Below are positions 38,551 through 48,038 of a DNA stretch of 64,000 nt, in pieces. The stretch comes from Guillardia theta CCMP2712 (Eukaryota; Protista; Cryptophyta): positions 148,531 to 212,530 of the forward strand of contig NW_005434634.1 in NCBI RefSeq assembly GCF_000315625.1, in the 5' to 3' direction. Every line of letters begins with the position of its first letter. The first letter of the stretch is position 1. Made by a program: the position numbers and the translations under genes. Below the pieces are notes generated by a model that worked only from the letters and a program-made list of their open reading frames with translations, did no database searches and was not told the DNA's origin.

Positions 38551-41267
38551 TTAATCGACAAAAGGACTCCCGAAGGAGTCCTGGACCAGCATGACAGGGG
38601 TCATTGATAGGTTTCAATCACCCATCCAATGGGGCTGTATGAGGGTCTTAAAAAAGAAAAAAAAATCTTCCCGCCTTCCCGGAGTCCGACGGAAAGTTTG
38701 TGGCTGCTCGTTTCATCTTCCCGCCACTACAGAGTTTGCGGTCCGACAATACACTGAAACGATGGTAATGAAAAAAATGTAGCGACTACCTGCTATCTAA
38801 CATGGTTTCGCCAGACTAACATACTATAACATGCCGAGGAAGAGAAAACGAATTACAGATGATTCAGACAACGGTCAAGAAATAAGTTATTCAAAACCAT
38901 TCACGAGAGTCGTCAAATGTGGGTTATACTCGAGACTCAAGGTAGAGAACAGATCGATTTTAGACGTGATCGACAGATGGGTATTACATATCAGTCAGAT
39001 CACATCAAGAGGCAGTATGATATTCAACTGTTTTCTGATATGGGGCAGGGATACAGGGAATTTACGATATGTAGTGGATGAAATCAAGAGAGCCAAATCG
39101 ACCTTTTTCTGGAATGTTTTTACACTTGGAATGGAACAACATAGCCGTACAGATAACAAGTATCCAACTCTACAACGTTTCTGGTCAGAGAAAAGACATC
39201 TTTTCGTTGATTTATGTAGAATTCGAGGAGACTCGCAAGCTATTGTATTCGCTGCAAATCAATATGGAACGAATTTCTACCAAGACCTGAAAGCAAATTT
39301 TACAAACCGATTGGAAAAGTTCATTGCCGAATTCTGCAAAGGAGAGTTACATATTAACCATCAGCAAGAAATCGAAGACGTGAAGAATGTATTGTTTCAA
39401 AGGAAAGATTACGAGTTGAAGACAGAAGTGTTTAACAGGAATAATTCACAGCAGATAGGAACCTTCATCGACCATATGAAACAACTAATTGGATTATCGG
39501 GGGACGAAGATCTTTTTAGTTTCAAATATGACAAATTTGATCATAGGTTGCAGAAAAATCTGTTTGAGATAATCGAGACACACATGTTCATGTTGAAGTT
39601 CTTCGAAGATCGTGGTCTCTCGAAAAAAACATTCAAGGCAGCACCAATGTCGAAATTCGGCAGAAAACATCTAACAATCGATAATGATGTGATGTATTAC
39701 ATTTTGAAAGAAGCGAACAGTTTGAAACCGGGAGAAGATAAAAAATCGTTCATGAGAATAGATCAAACTTTGGAGAACTCTAAGAATTTCAGAAGGATTT
39801 TCGACTGTTCGAATCTGTTCAGAGATCAGAGAGAGGAGATTACAAGTATCACGACAGACGGTGTATCGGTTTGTTTTCGCTTCACGTTAATTGTCAAAAC
39901 AATCGATGGACTCGAACAGGAACCTTCATTGCGCACTACCAAATGGCTTGCCGATAGAAAAAGGGCTGAACGGAAATCGGCGAAGAAGATATCAATATCA
40001 TACAAAGTATTACATGAAAATTCAGAATACCAAAGAGAGATCGAAGAATGTAAAAATTGCCCAAGGGTAATTGCGATCGACCCTGGGAGGAGCGTCATTA
40101 TATCGGCCGTCGAACAATTCAGAGATGATCAACAAATAATCAGAAAAAGATTTCAGTTTTCGAGAAAACAATATTATCACGAGTCACATCTGAATCGCAA
40201 TAAAAAGAAAAGAAAGACGTGGGATCAAGATATTCAATCGACATTGCACTATCTCAAGGGGTTCTCGAGTAAGTCTGGCGGCAGTCTATCAAGATTCGAA
40301 GACTATCTTCTTGCAGTTACAAGTCATTGGGAGGAGTTAACTTCGCATTATTCAAAGCGAAAATACGCCAGGATGAAATTCGACATCTACATTTCGAAAC
40401 GAAAGTCAGTCGACAGGTTTATCCGTACAATGAAAGGAAAGGGAGAAATAGAACCTGTTATCGCATATGGAAATGCAAGGTTCCCGTCTACAGGACGTCG
40501 AGGAGAAAGGCCTGTACCGGTCAGGTGGATAAGAAGAAGATTCGAGAATCACTACAGAGTCGTAGATGTTGACGAATACCGTACTACCAAGTGCTGTAAC
40601 GATTGTGGTTCTGAGCTCGATGTGCTTCGACGGATTGAAAATACAGGGAAAGAACCAGACGAGACCTGTAGGTTGAAAACTGCCAAGGAAAAGTGAAGTA
40701 CGAGGATTGAAATTTTGCAGATCATCGAGGTAATGTCAAGTTTTGTATACTCCTGTAATTCACCTTTTCATCTAACTGTTATCGTGACAGCTGTAAAGGA
40801 AAGCCGATCAAATCCAGGGACTTGAATGCTGCACTGAATATACTCACTTGTTTCAATGTGTTTCCTGAAAGACCGAATCACCTACGTCGCCCCTGAGGTG
40901 AATTCAATGATTGTTGTCGCCCCCTCCCTACCCAGACTGCGTCCCTCGGGACTCGATGCCTAATTCCCTGCCTGCCTGCCTGCCCGGTGCCTGCCTCCAT
41001 TATGATCCGATGTTTACGACATGTGATCATTGAAGTGACTGACCGTGGCATCATTTGGTAGGATTCATGTAAGGCTCCAACAACATCCGAAGACAATTTG
41101 GCAAAAAAAACAACTGCCGTTGTATGACGGAGAGTCGCGGCTCTCAATCATACGACGGCAGTTCTGTGCGAAAACTTAGTTCGTCGTTCAGAAGGGTATT
41201 CACATATTCCGTCACATCATGAGGGAGAGTACCCGTGGTAGATAGATTCGTGGCGTTTATCTATTAA
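38551..41267 (+). mobile_element. Non-autonomous Fanzor1-carrying element (boundaries inferred)
   Basis: AT-rich block containing the Fanzor ORF; TTAA at 38551-38554 and 41264-41267 within imperfect inverted ends (TTAATCGACAAA / TTTATCTATTAA); subterminal hairpins; flanking 11-bp direct repeat ACACCTAAAGT at 38531 and 41268. Confidence 0.6.
38831..40896 (+). CDS. Fanzor: Fanzor1 (eukaryotic TnpB-like RNA-guided RuvC endonuclease), ~667 aa if repaired; +1 frameshift near 40677-40694, intron 40730-40790
   Basis: NLS MPRKRKR; TDGVSV; RuvC-I VIAIDPG (D at 40079); VIAYGNARF; relocated catalytic Glu VDEYRTTKCCNDC (E at 40574); in +1 frame EVRGLKFCRSS, then after the intron SCKGKPIKSRDLNAALNIL (RuvC-III D at 40819) ..RPNHLRRP*. 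Confidence 0.92.
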
Positions 41268-41285
41268 ACACCTAAAGTCTCTGAC
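41100..41285 (+). ncRNA. Candidate Fanzor omegaRNA scaffold and guide
   Basis: 16-bp stem 41112-41127/41148-41163 with inner GAGAGT/GCTCTC stem; terminal stem 41237-41246/41256-41265; mismatches are G-U compatible on the + strand; lies 3' of Fanzor at the inferred right end. Confidence 0.6.
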
Positions 41286-41595
41286 CGGCGCTCACATCGG
41301 ACCGAACGGCGGTCCGATCCGATAATTGCCCCGGGGCGGTGGCGACGGGCCCGGTCAGTTCTCTGGAAGACCGGCATTGCCCGGGCCTGGGTGAAATGTA
41401 TCCGGAAGTATCCGCGGTGAAGAGGCACGTAGCTACCGGTAGGAAGGCGAGGGAGGAAGAGGTAAGGTGTGGATACTTCTTGCTTCTTGCTTCTTGCTTG
41501 CTTGAAAGCTCTTGTGCATCCCTCCATCTTTGAAAGCAACGTAAACCGCTATCGTGTTGCTCTCGTCCTGAATGAGTTTCTAGTTGTGGCCATCA

Positions 41596-42816
41596 TGAAT
41601 CGTCTGATGAAGATGGAATCATTTCCTCTCTTCCTCACTGCCGCAATTGCCATCTTTCTTGCTCTTCTTTTGTTGGCATCGCAAGACCATCGTCCTACCA
41701 GTGAAGCCCTCGAAAGCCCTGTTACCGTCCGATCAAGGAGTCAGATGCTCTATGGGTATGATGAGGGACCAAACAGCCTTGATTTCGGAAAGGAATCAGG
41801 CATTTCTGAAGGAATGGATCTGGTATGCAATCAAAAAGATCTGTTGTTTTCTCTAACTTGTAACATGGATCAGTCAAGGGACGACATCTCGAACATTCGA
41901 AATATCATCACTCCGCAGATTGGAATCAGCGCAGAAAACCCATGGAAGATTAAGATACAGAAATTGGTCAAGAAGATCAAGAAGTTCCAGGAGAAAGAGG
42001 ATGGTGATGTTTTGCTGCTCCTCTATCATGTTGTCTGTAAATCTTCCCTCAGCATTCCTCAAGGTAGTGAAGAGTCCAGCCCATGTTGACATCCACGTGA
42101 AGAATGGGCCTCCTGGATTGCGAGGCCCGAGAGGGTATCGTGGAATGGCTGGCATACAGGGCCCTCCTGGTCCTCCCGGTCCCAAGGGAGCCCGTGGGCC
42201 GAAGGGTCCGGTAGGGTCGCAGGGGCTCGAGGGCCTCCAAGGACCCATCGGCCCCACTGGTGAAACAGGAGACATGGGTCCCAAGGGCGTCAAGGGCCCG
42301 CAGGTGAAGCCTACGGCTCCAGACAGGCTTGCGAATGCTGATGTAGCTGTGTGAAGGGACGAATGGGAGTGAGAGGCAGGAGAGGGAAAACAGGCCCGCC
42401 CGGGGCTCCTGGGAAGCCAGGGTATCCGGGACGACCAGGTAAGAGCTTCCGGATACGCACTCGTTGATGGGAGCTAACACAGGCGCTCAGGGAAACCTGG
42501 AGAGCCAGGCATGCAGGGGCCACCAGGACCGGCTGGAAGGGTGAGTCCTGCTCTGTGGTAGCTGCTGTGCCACACGCTTACGAGCTCGGATCAGGCGCCC
42601 CCTGGAGTCCCCGGGCCACCTGGACCCATGGGAGCAAGAGGTGCCGACGGAACGGACGGTGTGCGAGGACCGCAAGGACCTGCAGGTACAGAGAAGGACG
42701 AGCAAGTGTTCCCCTGACTCGTCCGCACAGGTGAAGAGGGAGCAAGGGGCCAAACCGGTCCTCAAGGCCCCCAGGGTACCAAGGGAAAGGATGGCAAAGA
42801 CTTCCATCACAAGTGA
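41596..42816 (+). CDS. Collagen-like (Gly-X-Y) protein with N-terminal TM/signal anchor, multi-exon
   Basis: [19 protein letters not shown]; [34 protein letters not shown].. continuing across several small exons to [10 protein letters not shown]. Confidence 0.85.
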
Positions 42817-42890
42817 ATGCGGAGATACCGTGCTCGAATGAAATCTTCATCACAAACAGACCAGAAAATGTGATTTAGGATCCAGAGGGA

Positions 42891-43952
42891 TCATCGCGGT
42901 CTGCCAGAGATTGGCCTCCAATTCTTGTCCTCCTGTGTCAGGAAGAAGGACTGTCCTTCATTCTCGTAGGCGTGCAATTTCTCCTTGGCTGACACAGCCC
43001 GCTGGTTACTCACAACCTCATGATCTATATCCACATGCTGAAGCACCTCCTGGTGAAGGGTGTGCTCTTTCTTTACCTCATTGCATTCTTTCAAAGGAGT
43101 AGGAGATTTGTCTTTCGAAGTGCTGATGACGTTCGCTGGTGGGCGTCTTGTCATGGAAGCCAAGCTCTTCTGCAGTTGTACTATTCGTCTCTGAACATTC
43201 GTGCTGTGCTGTTGCTTCAGCCTCTGTCTCAGTTGCTCTGGGGTTTCCGCCAGTGCTTTCACTGCTTCTTGCTTTGCTACCTCCAAGAGCCTCGAAGTGG
43301 ATTCATGCCCCATCAGCTTGGCAATGTCCATGGCACTGTGACCCTCAGGTGTTGTGCTGTCAAGAGATACCCCAGCTCTCAGCAGCATCTCAATTGCCTC
43401 GTTCTGCCCGTACCATGCCGCCTGATGCAGGGCTGGAAAAGCATCAAGATGATGTTATTTGTCGAGTAGAGATGAGACCTGTCATTCCTCTCGCATTCAC
43501 CAGTTCTTTGTCCAACTTCTTGTCTTCAAGCAGGAAAGCAAGCACCTAAACACAAGGTTCACGATAGACAATAATGTCATGCAAGAGCACGGGAACACCT
43601 CGAGTCTCTGTGTTGGAGCACAAGCAGCCATCAAAGGAGATGTTCCCCACTGGCAGTCGCAGCTGCGACCAATCCTTGTGAGCTTTCGTTCCTGACATCA
43701 GACATTCCAAACCTGTTGATGTCCGACCCGTCCTTCAGGGCATCTTGAACTGACTTGAGATCTCCTCGAACAACAGCAGCCAGCATCTTTGAGCCCCTCA
43801 CAAGCTTGTAGACAGACGCAGATAATGGGAGAGACTTCAAGGGGATGCCACTCTTGTCTCCTCACGGTCTACAGGAGAAGCTTCATGAGCTCGAGCTCTC
43901 CCTTCTCCCATGCCTCCTCCGCTCTCTCCCGCAGGTGGTCAGCAGGGTTCAT
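42891..43952 (-). CDS. Ankyrin-repeat protein, multi-exon
   Basis: AAVVRGDLKSVQDALKDGSDIN; ALHQAAWYGQNEAIEMLLRAGVSLDSTTPEGHSAMDIAKLMGH. Confidence 0.85.
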
Positions 43953-44280
43953 GTCAGTTCATGTCCGTTGGAATGGTCTACCAACATCTGCGGTTCACGT
44001 TATTTTGGCCGGACTCACTGAGTCCGAGTCAGGCCTCAAACCGTTGAACCGTCCGATCTACCGGCGTACTCCGGTGCTGGGCACTGGCTAGCGACGAGAC
44101 TATCTGTAGTATCGGCGAATTTTTCAATGCTCACAAACTTGACAAGATTCATATCTTTCACTCTTCAAGCTACATTTCTATTCGAGGTCTTCAAATCTTC
44201 TCTTCCACATCATCTGTTGCTCAATGATATTTCTGGCAAGACAGTCATTAGGGATCATCATCGTAATTATCACTGATCTT

Positions 44281-44360
44281 CATCTTCATCATCACCACCA
44301 TCACTGGCATCATCATCATCATCATCATCGTCATCATCATCATCATCATCATCATCATCA
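44281..44360. repeat. (CAT)n microsatellite
   Basis: Imperfect CAT triplet run. Confidence 0.9.
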
Positions 44361-47300
44361 GTACTTCTGCTGTGCCTTCGATGCCGACAAGATGATATTG
44401 AAATCTCTCTCTTCCTTCCTGAACGGCTGAGGAATGAAAGGGTTACATGAGATTATCTCTTCTCGCCCCCTCGTCGTACCTCTTGATCCTCGTCTTCCAC
44501 ATACTCCGTCTCATCAGAAGAAGATGATTCCACACCCTAGTTGAAAAGTTCAAAACAAGCATGAGGATGCTCGAGGCGGACAATGGAAATTTGTTGACGG
44601 TGCGATAGCAATGTCTATGACACTGATTATGAGTATGACAAGTCGACTATGCAGATGATGATTATGATGATTATGATGATGATAATGGTGGTGATTATGA
44701 TAATGATTATGATTATGATTATGATTATGATGATGATGATGATAATGATTATGATGATGATGATGATGATGATGATGAGTCACCATCTTCACGTCTTCAT
44801 GCATGTATTTCTCTGCCATTTCGAGCAGGATTGCTGCTCGCCGCTGCTGCAGGGCGCTGATTTCCTTTATCCTGTTCTGTGAATAAGGTGAGCAAGGACA
44901 AGATACCAGGAAAGGATACAGGATGTTCTTCTTCATCTCTTGTTTCAACTCCCTCCATCTGCCACGTCATCGCACTCCCTGTGGCCTGTTGGGCCCGTTC
45001 TTGCAATTCGTCCTGCTGCACACGGGAGGAATACCTCTGCGGGCTTGTCCCCTCCGTAACATATTTCTGTCCACCCTCAGCAGGAGTGAGAGCAGGCCCT
45101 GGTCTGCGGAGAGAGGAGCTGCAGTCTCCTGCACATGGCGGCGCAAGGGATAGGCGAGGAAGTCGGCGAGGGAGGTTGAGCGATGAGGAGGAGGAATGGA
45201 TGGAACAGCTCCTGGCAATGATGAGCTCATGATAGGTGCCTGAGAGAGAGAGTGCTGGAGGATAAGGATAGGAAAAGGATGATGATGATGATGAGGAGGC
45301 AGACGAAAGTTGTCAGGGAGGTTCAAGGAAGAAGCATCAGGACCTTGTGAGCAGCGTCTGCCTGCGAGATGGTGCGGGCGATCCGCAGTCCAACGTTGCG
45401 ACTGAGCTCGAAGACCTGACCAGGTGAAGAAGTCAACAGAATCAAGTGGTAGAGGATGATTAGGAGGATTTGGGCAAGGGCAGAGCAACGGAATAGTTGA
45501 AAAATAAGCAGAGGAGGAAGTGAAAACAAGTCCCTCAAACTCACCCGCTTTGTAGCGCTGTCCAGAGAATGTTTTTGCTCCTCTCTCGAGATGTTCCTTG
45601 CAATTTGTGACGCCCGATGTTCGAAATTGAGAAGAGTGGAAGGGGAGGAGGAGGTAAGAAGAGTCGCTGCAATGATTGTACCATTGGGAGTCACAGCCCG
45701 AGGAGGAGGAGGAGGGAAGAGTTTGGAGTCAACTTGAGGATTGAGATGAAGGGGAGGAAAAGGATTATAATACAAGCCGGAGGCCCCGTGAGAAACTTGA
45801 TGAGGAGGATGAGGATCAGGCTGAGCCGGCGAGGCCAAGGGAAGAGAGTGCCTGAGCTGGAGCTGACAAGCAGGGAAGTCATCGCAATAGAATAGCAGCG
45901 CAAGGTTTACCTGCTTTGTGTGCATGGTATCGAAATCTTGTCCTTCCTCAGGCAAAACAGGGAAATAACTGCCTTCCGGTTCCCATCCTCCTCCATCGCT
46001 TCTGGAATCCGTCTCACGCTTCCTTGATTCGCTAATCAGATCCTCTGCTCTGTTGTGGCCTAGAAGACGAGCGATAGAAGAGCGATCGCGGATTATCTCT
46101 CCGTCAGAGGACACTATCTGTACATTGGTTTGAACGGGCGAAGGTGGTCTTGGTTCCCCCCTGTAGGGTATTCTCCCCTTCTCCTGATCTTCTTCCTCCT
46201 CCTCACGTTGCCACATGTTTGACTGATGCTCCTTCACACTTCTACCACTTTCTTCTCCTCCCTCCTCCTCCTCCTCCTCCTCCTCTCCACCATCAATCTC
46301 CGACAACACGATACTTTGCACAGCCGAGCTCATCTCACTGCCAGCCAAGAAACGATCCACGGCCCCCTCCTCACTTCGGTCTTGGTAGTACAGCCGCATG
46401 TTCTTGCCGTACATGATGCTGAAGTTGTCGTTTGCCACTTGCCTCACAAATTCGCTTCTTGACTTCGCTGCCTCCGTCTCGCCCTCGTTGACACCTGACC
46501 TCCCCGCCACTAGCGATATGTTTCCTGGTAAGGATGTTGACAGCAGTTGCCCACCTTCAGCTAGCCGATCATTTCCCATTGTTTGCATATCTGACGGCAG
46601 AAGGGATGCGTGTTGATCGATATTTGACCAATGATCTCGTAAAATCTCCTCTTGGCCTTTTTCCTCTGGCATGCTTTCACCGTGCGTTGTCCCGCCAACC
46701 CAAAATTGAGAAGCTGATTGCGAATCGACATTCCAATCTCTTTGCCTAGCTACATCTTCTCCACTGCGGTCTTGTATTACCCTCATGGGCATTGAGCCAA
46801 CTTGAACAGCATGCGCAAACTGTGTCGAACCTGCCCAGGCAGCTTGTGACTTTGTTCTATCACCATCTGCCTTGCGACTGTCCATCCATCCAGCTTCCTC
46901 CTTCTGCATCAGCATGGAAATGCATCAGCGAGGTTAAAGATCCACCACAAGAAAGTTCATCACCGTCTCGATGTCCGACATGTGCGATTCAATCAGGCTC
47001 TTAATCCTGTTCGACTGCTCCTGTAGCGTCTCCGACGTCCCTCCTACAATGCCTGCTCATCAACTGCAACACGAAGAGCCCTCACCTTCGCCTTGTTGGA
47101 CACCGTCCATGTCCATCCTCAGCTGCAGCAGTGTGCGCGTTGCTTGCGTGCTTGTTCGTAGGGCAACCATCTCCCGCTGCAATGAATTCAAACGTTCAAG
47201 GATAGCGCTGCCGCTCTTCCTCGGCATCAGCTTCTGCGACACATGCTCTTGATGGACTTCCTCTCTCCTGCACATTAGTCCATGCTCGCTGCCTCTCCAG

Positions 47301-47566
47301 AGGGACGGCGCCCCCTGCTCCTCCCGCGGCGGCCCTTGTTCCTGAGCCTCAGCAACAGCCGGTTCCTTGGCTGTTGTTGCAGCCGACTTCAAGGAGTTCT
47401 GCACGAGCTCAACTCTCCTCCTGATCTCCCTCATCCTCAAGATCTTGTCTGATACAACCATCGTCTCGTCCCACATCGCCGCCATGTTCTCCCCGCCTCC
47501 CTTCGATGCTGCCGCCATGTTACTTTCGACGGGTTCGTTTCCAACTTGACCGTCAACTGCTTCCGG
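44358..47566 (-). CDS. Hypothetical low-complexity/coiled-coil protein, multi-exon (one or two genes)
   Basis: Long ORFs 45323-46915 and 47060-47596 plus smaller coiled-coil exons linked by GT-AG introns. Confidence 0.5.
44653..44777. repeat. (GAT/GATTAT)n microsatellite
   Basis: Imperfect ATG triplet run inside a minus-strand intron. Confidence 0.9.
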
Positions 47567-48038
47567 AGCTGTCATCCCGAATCTCTGGTCTACCATCTTT
47601 TTGGTTTCATCTTATACCCCTCGTACCCACCCACCTGATATGTCCCACCTCACCTAAAATCATGAAATCGAATCTGAACATTGACCCGTACTTTGATGAC
47701 CCACCCAGATACTTATCAGAATTTTCAATTATAGAATGTGATGCTGATACCCCTCAAATAGTGAGTACCCCCTATTCAATAATTGCTCAGTTTCATTACT
47801 ACCCCCTTCAAAATCACCCCACCCATACTTTTAGGCTTCAAGTCTTGTCCCCCACTGGTCGATCAAAAATGCTTGCTCACAGTAGCGAGAAAATGGTGCA
47901 GAGAGTTTGCTAGAGGAGGGGAGAGGAGCGAGAAGGAGGGGCAGTGGAGACAAGCAAAGATACGAGAAGAAGAAAGAGGAGAGAGGATAGAAGACGCGAG
48001 CCGAGTCTAGAGGAGAGGTGGACACAAAGTTGAATCTC

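Noticed and set aside
40600-40693. A small intron that repairs the Fanzor frameshift
   Set aside because: The only phase-compatible GT-AG pairs give 16-22 nt introns, far below the ~45-65 nt seen in this window
38831-40696. Treating the 621-aa ORF as the complete protein, or TGA 40694 as readthrough/selenocysteine
   Set aside because: The conserved continuation is in the +1 frame and beyond an intron, so readthrough would not recover RuvC-III
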